From the NCBI GenBank assembly GCA_964624405.1, contig CAZUXA010000013.1, forward strand, positions 3,829-67,828: 64,000 bases of DNA, given 5' to 3'. A program made the translations under genes and the position numbers. Source of the stretch: an uncultured bacterium. GTDB taxonomy: Bacteria > Fermentibacterota > Fermentibacteria > Fermentibacterales > JCC-6. The notes beneath the pieces were generated by a model. It was not told where the DNA came from. It saw nothing but the letters and a program-made list of their open reading frames with translations, and ran no database searches. Below, piece after piece: positions 38,031-46,687 of the stretch (positions within the stretch are counted from its first letter, which is position 1; every line of letters begins with the position of its first letter).

Positions 38031-39370
38031 GTCACTTCCTCCACAAGCATCCGGAAGTGCCGGCCCCGTTCCTCGAAACTGGAATACTGGTCGAAACTCG
38101 CGCACCCCGGCGAAAGCAGCACCGTATCACCAGGAACGGAAAGGGCCTTCGCTACCCGGACCACTTCTTCAAGATTCCTGTAAACCACTCCGGATGAAAC
38201 GCCCTTCCATGAATCCGAAAGCATCTCCGCCGCTTCCCCGAAAAGAAGCACCTTCCTGGCCACCGATTCGATCAGAGGTTCGAGTGTTCCGTAGTCGGCC
38301 ATTTTTGCCCTGCCCCCGGCGATGAGGATCACCGGAGCAGTAACCGCCTCCAGGGCAACTCTGAGAGAATCGGGGTTCGTTGATTTCGAGTCGTTGATCC
38401 AGGTGACTCCGTTTTCAACCAGCACTGTCTCCATGCGGTGCTGAACTCCCGGAAACTCCGACAGGCCGGAAACCATCTTCCCGGGGGCAAGCCCGGCTCC
38501 ATAGGCAAGGCAGACAACCGCAAGGGCATTGTATGCGTTGTGCCTTCCGGGAAGGCTCAATCCTGAGCTTTCCATAACCGGCATCATGTCGCCGTCCATG
38601 GACAGCATCATCATGCCCCCCGGGTCTATCCATGCTCCCCGGATCTGGGGACTATCCATGCTGAAAACCATTTCAGTGCCCCGGCTTCTGCCAAAAAGGG
38701 ATGAAAGGTTCACATCATCGCCGTTGAGTACGGTTATGTCCTCCGAATGCTGATTGAGGAAGATTCTGGCCTTCGCTTCCGCGTACCCCTCAAGGGACTT
38801 GTGCCTTTCCAGATGGTCCGGCGTCAGGTTGAGTACCGCGGCGCACCTGGGTCTGAACCTTTCAGTGGTTTCCAACTGGTAGCTTGATATCTCCACCACG
38901 AAGTTCGCGGCGTCGGGTTTCTCAAGCACCGCCCTGCTGAAGGCATAACCCGTGTTCCCGCAGACCACCGCGGGAAAACCGGCCCTTGAGAACACGAAAC
39001 CCAGCCACTCGGCGGTGGTGGTTTTTCCGTTGGAACCGGTTACCGCGTATATCCCGGCTCTGGTGTTGGCGGCAGCCAGTTCGATCTCGCCTATGACCGG
39101 TATCCCGAGTCTTCTGGCTTCTCCGGGTATCCCCGACCAGGGATTCACGCCGGGGCTTACCACAAGGCCATCCAGTCTCTCAAAATGAGATGGCAAGGTT
39201 TCACCGGTAACAATCTCGTCCACATCGGAACAGACCTGAATGTCGGGGGAAGAGTCGAAACCGGACACCATGAAACCCCGGGACTTCAGAAGGGCGGCGG
39301 CGGCGCGGCCGCTGATGCCCAGCCCCACTACTCCCACTCTTCTTCCCTCGCCTTCGTTCCAGTACGCCAT
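38027..39370 (-). CDS. murD: UDP-N-acetylmuramoylalanine--D-glutamate ligase MurD
   Basis: VGVVGLGISGRAAAALL Rossmann N-terminus; Mur ligase domains; 447 aa. Confidence 0.9.
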   Translation of the reverse strand: MAYWNEGEGRRVGVVGLGISGRAAAALLKSRGFMVSGFDSSPDIQVCSDVDEIVTGETLPSHFERLDGLVVSPGVNPWSGIPGEARRLGIPVIGEIELAAANTRAGIYAVTGSNGKTTTAEWLGFVFSRAGFPAVVCGNTGYAFSRAVLEKPDAANFVVEISSYQLETTERFRPRCAAVLNLTPDHLERHKSLEGYAEAKARIFLNQHSEDITVLNGDDVNLSSLFGRSRGTEMVFSMDSPQIRGAWIDPGGMMMLSMDGDMMPVMESSGLSLPGRHNAYNALAVVCLAYGAGLAPGKMVSGLSEFPGVQHRMETVLVENGVTWINDSKSTNPDSLRVALEAVTAPVILIAGGRAKMADYGTLEPLIESVARKVLLFGEAAEMLSDSWKGVSSGVVYRNLEEVVRVAKALSVPGDTVLLSPGCASFDQYSSFEERGRHFRMLVEEVT

Positions 39371-39386
39371 CTCAGTCCACCCCGCC

Positions 39387-40544
39387 CTATCTGATCTTGA
39401 AGGTGCTCAACCCAAGAAGCCCCAGAATGGCAGCAATTATCCAGAATCGCACCACAACCTTGCTTTCGGCCCAACCAAGCAGTTCGAAGTGGTGATGAAT
39501 CGGTGCCATTCGGAATACACGCTTTCCGGTTCTCTTGAAATGGTAGACCTGGATCATCACACTGAGGGCCTCCGCCACAAACACGCCTCCAACGAGAAAC
39601 AGCAGCAACTCATTCCTGGTGACCACCGCCATGGAGCCGATGGCTCCCCCGAGGGCAAGCGATCCTGTGTCACCCATGAAGATCTGGGCGGGGGGCGCGT
39701 TGTACCACAGGAAAGCCAGACAGGCCCCGGCCATGGCGCCGCTGAAAACGGTGAGTTCTCCAACTCCCGGCAGATGGGAGAACTGAAGGTACTTTGCGAA
39801 GTTGGCGTGGCCGAGAAAGTAAGCCAGGGCTCCAAAGGTCAGTATCGACACCAGGCTCACCCCGGTGGCCAGTCCATCCAGCCCGTCGGTGAGATTCACC
39901 GCATTGGTGGTTCCCGCCAGCACTATGGTGACCAGAAGAAGGTACAGGATTCCGAAATCCACCCGGATTTCCTTGAAGAACGGAACAGTGGTCTCGGTGG
40001 AGAGAATGGTGATGTCCTCGGTGAGAAGCTCGACGGTTCTCAGACCCGGAAGGATCGATGGAGACCGCCCTTCCCCCTGAGGTTGCGGCGGTGTTACAAG
40101 CAGCCAGAAACCCACCCCGAGGCCCAGGACGAACTGACCGAGAAGCTTGTATCTGCCCACAAGTCCCCGGGAAGACTTTTTGACCGTTTTCAGGTAGTCG
40201 TCCAAAAGCCCGATGACCCCCATCCATATCGTGCAGACAAGAACCACCAGCAGAGGCGTGCTGTCCAGCCTTCCCCACAGCAGCACCGGAGCCAGCACCG
40301 AAGCCAGTATGATGGTTCCACCCATTGTGGGGGTTCCCCGTTTGCTCAGATGACTCCTGGGCCCGTCATCCCGAACTTCCTGACCGATCTGCTTTCCCGC
40401 GAGGAAACGAATGATTCCAGGCGCGGCCATGAAGCCAATGATGAGTGATGTGATTGTGGCGCCGGCAGTTCTTACGGTTATGTACCCGAAGAGGTTGAAA
40501 AAACCCGTTGAATCCCGGAGTGGATAAAGCAACCAGTACAGCAT
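39387..40544 (-). CDS. mraY: phospho-N-acetylmuramoyl-pentapeptide transferase MraY
   Basis: MraY family (10 TM; SKRGTPTMGGTIIL, DDxxD-like motifs). Start at ATG 40544 (TGATG junction with murF). The ORF-track 110-aa N-extension was rejected. Confidence 0.9.
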   Translation of the reverse strand: MLYWLLYPLRDSTGFFNLFGYITVRTAGATITSLIIGFMAAPGIIRFLAGKQIGQEVRDDGPRSHLSKRGTPTMGGTIILASVLAPVLLWGRLDSTPLLVVLVCTIWMGVIGLLDDYLKTVKKSSRGLVGRYKLLGQFVLGLGVGFWLLVTPPQPQGEGRSPSILPGLRTVELLTEDITILSTETTVPFFKEIRVDFGILYLLLVTIVLAGTTNAVNLTDGLDGLATGVSLVSILTFGALAYFLGHANFAKYLQFSHLPGVGELTVFSGAMAGACLAFLWYNAPPAQIFMGDTGSLALGGAIGSMAVVTRNELLLFLVGGVFVAEALSVMIQVYHFKRTGKRVFRMAPIHHHFELLGWAESKVVVRFWIIAAILGLLGLSTFKIR

Positions 40545-41845
40545 CAGCCATCCCCCTCCCGAAGCCCGCTTACCACCAAAGAAAGCCCCAAGGAGTGGCT
40601 TCCTTTTACCAGAACCCTGTCTCCACTCCCGATAGTTTCCCTGAGCAGTTCCAGGGCGGCTTCCGGGTTCGGCACCCATTCCACATTCGGCGAAGCCGCT
40701 CTGCGCAGCGCTTTCAGGAACTCCTGACCAACAAGAACGACCTTGCGAAGCCCCATTCCAGATGCCCTGGCCAAAACGGTGTCGTGGGCCTGCCCCGCGT
40801 GATCCCCAAGTTCCAGCATATCCCCCAGAACAGCGATCCCCGCAAGCCCGGCATCCTTCAGCATCTCCAGACAAGCCAGAGTGGATTCGGGGTTCGCGTT
40901 GTAACTCTCGTCAAACACAGTGACACCGTTGCAGCAAAGAATCCTTCCACGCCCCGCCATTCCCCTGTACCCCCCCATGGCCTCAGAGGCCGCGGCGGGA
41001 TCCACCCCGAACAGAGTTGACGCTGCCAGGGCGGTCAGGGCGTTCGCGAGGTTGTGTTCTCCGGGAATGCGCAACCCGGGAGAAAGGTTCCAGGGCATGA
41101 GAAGACCGTTCTCAACCCAGGCGTCTCCTCCGGGGCCTGTGGTGACAATCTTAAGGTTTCTTTCCCGGGCTGCTTCCAGGAGAATCGGTTCTCCCCTTGG
41201 TATCACCGCGTTCCCTCCCCTTCGAGTGGTCCTCAGCAGTTCCGCCTTGGCCGAAGCGATGCCGTCACGGTCTTTGAAGAACTCGATGTGGGCGGAGCCT
41301 ATGTTGGTTATCACCGTTGTGTCAGGCATCGCCGCCTCACCGAGTTCAAGAAGCTCACCGGCGTGGTTCATCCCCATTTCCAGCACCAGAACGGATATGT
41401 CATCCCGGGTGTTCAGAAGGGTGAGGGGAAGCCCCAGCCTGTTGTTCCGGTTCTCGATGGTGCCACCAGCCTTCATCCTCGAGCGAAGCGCAAGCAGAAT
41501 CAGCTCCCGGGTAGTTGTCTTCCCGCTGCTGCCGGTCACCGCCACAACAGGGCATTTGAACCGGCTTCTGGCCCAGCGGCCCGCCTGGAACAGTGCCTCC
41601 TCCACATTGGGAACCCGCAGGACAGGCCCTGAAAAACCTTCCCGGGAAACCACCGCGGCGGAACCTGCCCTCAGCACCTCCTCGACAAAACAGTGCCCGT
41701 CGGTTCTGCTTCCGGGAAGGGCGAAAAACAGGCTGCCCGGTCCGGCGCTTCTTGAATCGATCAGGGCGGTATGAAACCGGTATCCCGTGTCTCCGGGAAC
41801 GCAAAGGTGCTCCGCCAGAGAATCAAGGCACATAAGGTGACTCAT
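40544..41845 (-). CDS. murF: UDP-MurNAc-tripeptide--D-Ala-D-Ala ligase MurF
   Basis: Mur ligase with VTGSSGKTTT P-loop. 433 aa. Confidence 0.9.
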   Translation of the reverse strand: MSHLMCLDSLAEHLCVPGDTGYRFHTALIDSRSAGPGSLFFALPGSRTDGHCFVEEVLRAGSAAVVSREGFSGPVLRVPNVEEALFQAGRWARSRFKCPVVAVTGSSGKTTTRELILLALRSRMKAGGTIENRNNRLGLPLTLLNTRDDISVLVLEMGMNHAGELLELGEAAMPDTTVITNIGSAHIEFFKDRDGIASAKAELLRTTRRGGNAVIPRGEPILLEAARERNLKIVTTGPGGDAWVENGLLMPWNLSPGLRIPGEHNLANALTALAASTLFGVDPAAASEAMGGYRGMAGRGRILCCNGVTVFDESYNANPESTLACLEMLKDAGLAGIAVLGDMLELGDHAGQAHDTVLARASGMGLRKVVLVGQEFLKALRRAASPNVEWVPNPEAALELLRETIGSGDRVLVKGSHSLGLSLVVSGLREGDG

Positions 41846-43278
41846 GGAAGCTCCCTCAGGGCGGCACGGGCTTCCTCACGATCATCAAAGTGAATTTTAC
41901 CGGTTTTCAATATCTGATAATCCTCATGGCCCTTGCCGGCAATGATAACCACATCGCCCTGCCCCGCTTCGGCCACCGCGCGTCGTATCGCCATCCTTCT
42001 GTCGGGCTCCACAATCACACTGCTCCGGTTTCCCAGTCCCGCCAGTATCTCCCCTATGATCAGGATCGGATCCTCTGTTCTGGGGTTGTCGCTGGTGACT
42101 ATGGAAAGATCAGCCAATCTGCCGGATATGGCCCCCATCTGCGGCCTTTTGCCCGGGTCTCTGTCCCCGCCGCACCCGAACACGGAGATAAGCCTTCCTT
42201 CCGCAAGCTCCCTTCCCTGCAGAAGCACCCTTTCCAGCGCGTCCGGGGTGTGGGCGTAGTCAACCGCCACCAGGAAGCCGCGGCTTCCCTCCACCCTCTC
42301 CATTCTGCCCGGAACGCCGGGGAAACCCACAAGAGCCTCCTTCGATTGTTCAACAGGAACGCCCATCGCCCACGCGGCGGCGATGGCACCGGCGGAGTTC
42401 ACGATGCTGAAGACCCCCGGCGCGGAAAGGGTGACCCTCTGCCGACCGTCGGGAGAGTGAAGGGTGTATTTACAGCCTTCAATTCCTGCTTCTCCGTCGA
42501 GAATCCTGAAATCGTCGGACTCCCCGTACCCGAAGTTCAGGGCGCCGGAAACCCGGGGCCAGGCTTTCGACGCGCTTCCCAGAACAGGAGTACCCGCGGG
42601 TTTCAGAAGGTCGAGAAGCCTGAGTTTCGCCTTGAGGTACTCCTCCATGGAGCCGTGAAAATCCAGGTGATCCTGGCTCAGGTTCGTGAACACCGCCACG
42701 TCGAATCGAACCATGTCAACCCGGGCAAGAGAAAGGGCGTGGCTGGATGCTTCCATCACACAGGCCCGGTCTCCTCCATTCACCATATCCCTCATCAGCC
42801 TGGCGGTCTCCAGCGAATCCGGGGTGGTCACATCGGCGGGAACAGGTTGTCCCGCCACCACATGACCCACGGTGCCCATGATGCCCGTGGAAATACCCCG
42901 GGATTGGAGTATCCAGGACAGCATTCGAGCGGTGCTGGTTTTGCCGTTGGTCCCGGTAATGCCCGCGGTAAGCATTGAGTTCCAGGGTTCTTCAAAAAAC
43001 CGTGCCGCCAGAACCGCGAGAAGCTCCCTGTTGTTTCCTCCGTTGTTGAAGAAGACCCTGTCCTGCCCGGAGTAGTCCCGGTCATCCGCCAGAACCGCTG
43101 CGGCACCTGATTCCAGGGCCTTGGCGGCGTAGAGATGTCCGTCGGTTCTGAAGCCCTTCACCGCCACGAAAAGGGAGCCCCGGGCAACCCGGGATGAATC
43201 ATGGGTCAGGCCGGTAATCTCGGGGTCGTATCCCTCGATGCGAATGCCGAGACCCCGAAAAAGGTTTGAGAGTTTCAT
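41842..43278 (-). CDS. murE: UDP-MurNAc-L-Ala-D-Glu--2,6-diaminopimelate ligase MurE
   Basis: ITGTNGKTSTARML P-loop. Start at ATG 43278 (MKLSNLFRG), 1 nt after the ftsI stop. Confidence 0.9.
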   Translation of the reverse strand: MKLSNLFRGLGIRIEGYDPEITGLTHDSSRVARGSLFVAVKGFRTDGHLYAAKALESGAAAVLADDRDYSGQDRVFFNNGGNNRELLAVLAARFFEEPWNSMLTAGITGTNGKTSTARMLSWILQSRGISTGIMGTVGHVVAGQPVPADVTTPDSLETARLMRDMVNGGDRACVMEASSHALSLARVDMVRFDVAVFTNLSQDHLDFHGSMEEYLKAKLRLLDLLKPAGTPVLGSASKAWPRVSGALNFGYGESDDFRILDGEAGIEGCKYTLHSPDGRQRVTLSAPGVFSIVNSAGAIAAAWAMGVPVEQSKEALVGFPGVPGRMERVEGSRGFLVAVDYAHTPDALERVLLQGRELAEGRLISVFGCGGDRDPGKRPQMGAISGRLADLSIVTSDNPRTEDPILIIGEILAGLGNRSSVIVEPDRRMAIRRAVAEAGQGDVVIIAGKGHEDYQILKTGKIHFDDREEARAALRELP

Positions 43279-43279
43279 T

Positions 43280-44986
43280 TCACTCGCCTCCCGCGGCCAC
43301 GAGCCCCTGGCCGGTGCCCAGGGGGGAGAGGGCGATATCCGGGGCGGAAGCAAGTACTCTGGATACGACCCGGGCAAACGCGGGGGCAGCGAGCGTACTG
43401 CCCCATCTGTACTGGTAGGATGGCTGGTCGATCACCACAACCACCACCAGTTCAGGGCTATCCGCGGGAACCATTCCGGCAAAGGCGGAAAGGTAGATGT
43501 TGCTTCCCAGGGCAAGCCTCTCGGCTGTGCCGGTCTTTCCGGCAATCAGTACACCGGGAACCCTTGCCGACCGGCCGGTGCCTTCCTCCACGGCGCTGGT
43601 GAGCATTTGACGAAGATCCGAAGCGGTCTGGGGGGAGATAACCCTGCCTCGTTCAAAGGTGGCCCAGTGCTGCCAGTTCCCTTCTGTGCCGGTGGCGGAC
43701 ACAAGCCTTGGTCCGTAGAGAACTCCGCCGTTGGCAACGGCGCAGTACGCCATGGCAAGCTGCAGGGGCGTTACACAGATCTCCTGGCCTATGGCGAGAT
43801 TGGCCCGGGATACCCGGGACCAGTTCCCGGGAGAACGAAGGATTCCGTCCTGCTCGCCGGGAAGCTCAACCAGGGTGGATCGTCCGAATCCGAAGTTTCT
43901 GCAGTAATCATAGAGTACCGTATCTGGAATCGCCCTGGCGATCATTACAGTCCCCACATTGCTGCTTTCGGAAAGCACCTGGGGAAGCCCCAGTATCCTG
44001 TCGATCCGATGGCTGTCGTTGATCCGGATTCCCGCCACATCCAGCCAGCCCGCGGATACATCGAAGCTGTCCGAAAGCGCAACCAGCCCCTCCTCGAGAC
44101 CGGCGGCCAGGGTGAAGGTTTTGAAGGTGCTGCCCGGTTCGTGGATGCTCTCCACGGAATGGTTCCTGGTGGGAACCCCTTGGGCATCCCTGACGGGATA
44201 GCTGGCCATCGCCAGTATGTCGCCGTTCCGGGGATCGGCCACCACTATTGCTCCCCACTCCGCTCCGGAGAGAATCACCGACTTTTCAAGCTCTTCCTGT
44301 GCTATCGCCTGGAAACGGGCATCTATGGTGAGGATCACATCCGACCCGTCTATGGCCGGGGTACTCTCCGAATCGATGTCCCGAAGGCTGTAACCCATCC
44401 AGGCGCTTCTTTCCAGGAAGGTATGCCCGGGAGTTCCCCGCAAAATGCTGTTGAGCCGTAATTCCAGCCCTTCCGTGTGATCCGGCGTGCATCTTCCCAG
44501 AATCGGAGTCATGAGGTCCGCCATGGGGTACACCCGTCTGCTGAGAATCGTGCAATTCACGAACCTGGAGCCCTGGCTCATGATTTCCATGGCCACCTGA
44601 TACGGCACCCCGTCCGCCAGAATCTGATAGCCCGGCCTTCTGTCCTGAGGAACCGGAAAGCCTGCCTCGGTCAGAAGACCCGCGACCCGCTCCACCTCTA
44701 TCGCGTGTTCTGCCGGAACCTCCGGCCAGTAAACACTGAATCGTGCGAAGGATTCATTGCCCGCCAGAAGGTATCCGTTTCTGTCGAATATCCTTCCCCT
44801 GCCCGGTTCGATTTCAACCAGAACTGTGTTCTGGCTGTCCGCCAGCCCCCGCCACCTTTTGTGCTGAATCAGCTGAATCCTGGCCAGAAAGGCCACGATC
44901 AGAGTGAACATCACAAGGTTGACAAGCATGCACAGCTTCAGCCTGGCTCCAAGCCTCTCGTTCAGCTGATCCCGCTCGGGCCTCAC
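43280..44986 (-). CDS. ftsI: peptidoglycan D,D-transpeptidase FtsI (PBP3)
   Basis: N-terminal TM, dimerisation domain, transpeptidase STFK (GSTFKTFTLAAGLE), SxN and KTG motifs. Confidence 0.9.
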   Translation of the reverse strand: MRPERDQLNERLGARLKLCMLVNLVMFTLIVAFLARIQLIQHKRWRGLADSQNTVLVEIEPGRGRIFDRNGYLLAGNESFARFSVYWPEVPAEHAIEVERVAGLLTEAGFPVPQDRRPGYQILADGVPYQVAMEIMSQGSRFVNCTILSRRVYPMADLMTPILGRCTPDHTEGLELRLNSILRGTPGHTFLERSAWMGYSLRDIDSESTPAIDGSDVILTIDARFQAIAQEELEKSVILSGAEWGAIVVADPRNGDILAMASYPVRDAQGVPTRNHSVESIHEPGSTFKTFTLAAGLEEGLVALSDSFDVSAGWLDVAGIRINDSHRIDRILGLPQVLSESSNVGTVMIARAIPDTVLYDYCRNFGFGRSTLVELPGEQDGILRSPGNWSRVSRANLAIGQEICVTPLQLAMAYCAVANGGVLYGPRLVSATGTEGNWQHWATFERGRVISPQTASDLRQMLTSAVEEGTGRSARVPGVLIAGKTGTAERLALGSNIYLSAFAGMVPADSPELVVVVVIDQPSYQYRWGSTLAAPAFARVVSRVLASAPDIALSPLGTGQGLVAAGGE

Positions 44987-45255
44987 TGCTGCTCCTCCAG
45001 AAGGGTGAACGAGGACAGGGGAAGCGGCTCCAGACCCAGGGCCTCGCCAGCTTCCCGAAGCCTCACCGGGTTCTTCAGCCGGGCGATGGCGCTGCCGGCT
45101 TCCGCGACCCGGCGCTTCAGCTGGTCAAGCTCCTGCTCCAGGCGGTGAAGCTCCACAAGCCTGGCCAGCCTGAAGTTTTTCATTGCCATCTGTATGACAG
45201 CGTTCAGAAGCAGCGCGCCGATGATCAGCAGAACAATCGTTGTCCTGAGGCTCAT
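44983..45255 (-). CDS. ftsL: cell division protein FtsL
   Basis: 90-aa bitopic protein with a TM plus Leu-zipper-like coiled coil, between rsmH and ftsI. Confidence 0.75.
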   Translation of the reverse strand: MSLRTTIVLLIIGALLLNAVIQMAMKNFRLARLVELHRLEQELDQLKRRVAEAGSAIARLKNPVRLREAGEALGLEPLPLSSFTLLEEQQ

Positions 45256-46094
45256 CCCGCCCTCACCCCCGTTCGAAGCCTGGCGGATCTTGCCCTTGGG
45301 TTTTCCCTGATCTCATCAGGAGAAGGAAGCAGCCATGGAGGGGAGGTCTGCTGGAAATTCGGGGAATCACGGAGAAGCAGCTTGACCGCCCTGTCCTCCA
45401 GGGAGTGAAATGTTATGAAGGCAACCGCCGCCGCCGGCTTCAGCCAGATGTGGAGGCCGGCGAGGAGCTGGTCCAGTTGAACCAGTTCGTCGTTCAAGAA
45501 CACCCTGAAGGCCTGGAATACCCTGGCAAGAGGTTTGACGGGGTTTCCTCCGACCGCCTTCATCACCGCGGCCCTGAGTTCCAAAGTAGTCCGCAGTGGC
45601 ATGGCCCGGCGGATTTCCCTGGCAATTTTCCTGCTTCGACCCTCCTGGCCGTACTTGTAGATTACATCCGCGATCTCCGACTCGGTCATGCTTCTCAGAA
45701 CCTCATGCAGCGGCTCTCCCGAGCCGGTGTCGAACCTCATGTCCAGAGGGCCGTCGGTTCGATGGGAAAAGCCCCGGGAAGGATCATCCAGTTGAAACGA
45801 ACTGAGCCCCAGATCGAACAGGGCTCCCGCCGCGGGAGAGGAGAGAAGAGATGGTATTTCAATGTAGCTGCCGGTGTGAACCGTGACCCGGGTAACATCA
45901 AGGTACCTTTCCTGAAGGGCGCGGGCGAAAACCGGATCCTTCTCCACCGCGAGGAAGGACCTTTCGGGAAATGACCGGCAAAGCGCTTCCAGGTGACCGC
46001 CTCCCCCGGCGGTGCCGTCCACTATCAAACCCTCGGGCGCCCCCTGAAAAAATCCGGTGACTTCAGCTGCCATGATTGGAACATGCCCCCTCAA
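45252..46094 (-). CDS. rsmH: 16S rRNA (cytosine1402-N4)-methyltransferase RsmH (MraW)
   Basis: HVPIM...IVDGTAGGGGHLEAL SAM-binding motif and DLGLSSFQLD motif. Confidence 0.9.
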   Translation of the reverse strand: MRGHVPIMAAEVTGFFQGAPEGLIVDGTAGGGGHLEALCRSFPERSFLAVEKDPVFARALQERYLDVTRVTVHTGSYIEIPSLLSSPAAGALFDLGLSSFQLDDPSRGFSHRTDGPLDMRFDTGSGEPLHEVLRSMTESEIADVIYKYGQEGRSRKIAREIRRAMPLRTTLELRAAVMKAVGGNPVKPLARVFQAFRVFLNDELVQLDQLLAGLHIWLKPAAAVAFITFHSLEDRAVKLLLRDSPNFQQTSPPWLLPSPDEIRENPRARSARLRTGVRAG

Positions 46095-46102
46095 GCCGCC
46101 CC

Positions 46103-46543
46103 CTAGAGGTCGATGTCAAGCGTCTCGGCAATGTCCTCGAAGGATTGCTCCTGAGACCCCATGTAGACCTCGTATTTCTGAGGGCTCCAGAGCTCGATGC
46201 GGTCGAACTGGCCGAGAAACATGACCTCGCTGTGAATTCCCGCCGCCTCCTGCATGTCGGCGGGTATCGCTATTCTGCCCTGGGAATCGATGGTAACCGG
46301 TTTCAGCTTGGCCCCGACCCAGCGAAGGAAAAGCCTGTGCTGCTTGTTGCTTCGGGAGAGTTTCTGCTCGAAACCCGTACGGATCTGTTCCCACTTCTCA
46401 GCCTGGTAGAGTACGAGGCAGTTGTCCAGCTCGCGGTTCAGATAGAGATCCTCGCCGGTAAGCATGCGGCGGAAGCTGGCGGGTACGCTGACCCGTCCCT
46501 TGTCATCCAGTGTGTGAATGTGAGTACCAATGAATTCCGCCAT
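46103..46543 (-). CDS. mraZ: transcriptional regulator MraZ
   Basis: Duplicated SpoVT/AbrB-like MraZ domain (MAEFIGTHIHTLDDKGRVSVPASFRR ... DSQGRIAIPADM). Confidence 0.9.
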   Translation of the reverse strand: MAEFIGTHIHTLDDKGRVSVPASFRRMLTGEDLYLNRELDNCLVLYQAEKWEQIRTGFEQKLSRSNKQHRLFLRWVGAKLKPVTIDSQGRIAIPADMQEAAGIHSEVMFLGQFDRIELWSPQKYEVYMGSQEQSFEDIAETLDIDL

Positions 46544-46571
46544 GATCCTCCCCTTACAGGGGAATCATTGT

Positions 46572-46627
46572 CCCACTTTCTCCCACTGTCAACCCACTTC
46601 ATCCCACTTCATCCCATGATCCCCCAC
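46572..46627 (-). promoter_or_regulatory. MraZ operator: six direct GTGGG (plus-strand CCCAC/CCCAT) repeats at 10-11-nt periodicity upstream of mraZ
   Basis: Plus-strand CCCA[CT] at 46572, 46582, 46593, 46603, 46613 and 46623. Minus-strand reading is GTGGGATGAA GTGGGATGAA GTGGGTTGACA GTGGGAGAAA GTGGGACAAT, 28-80 nt upstream of the mraZ ATG. Confidence 0.6.
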
Positions 46628-46687
46628 AGCACGCATCAAGCCGGGCCGTTTCAGAACCGGCGAAAGCGTTAACCGATGGAAATGGTG

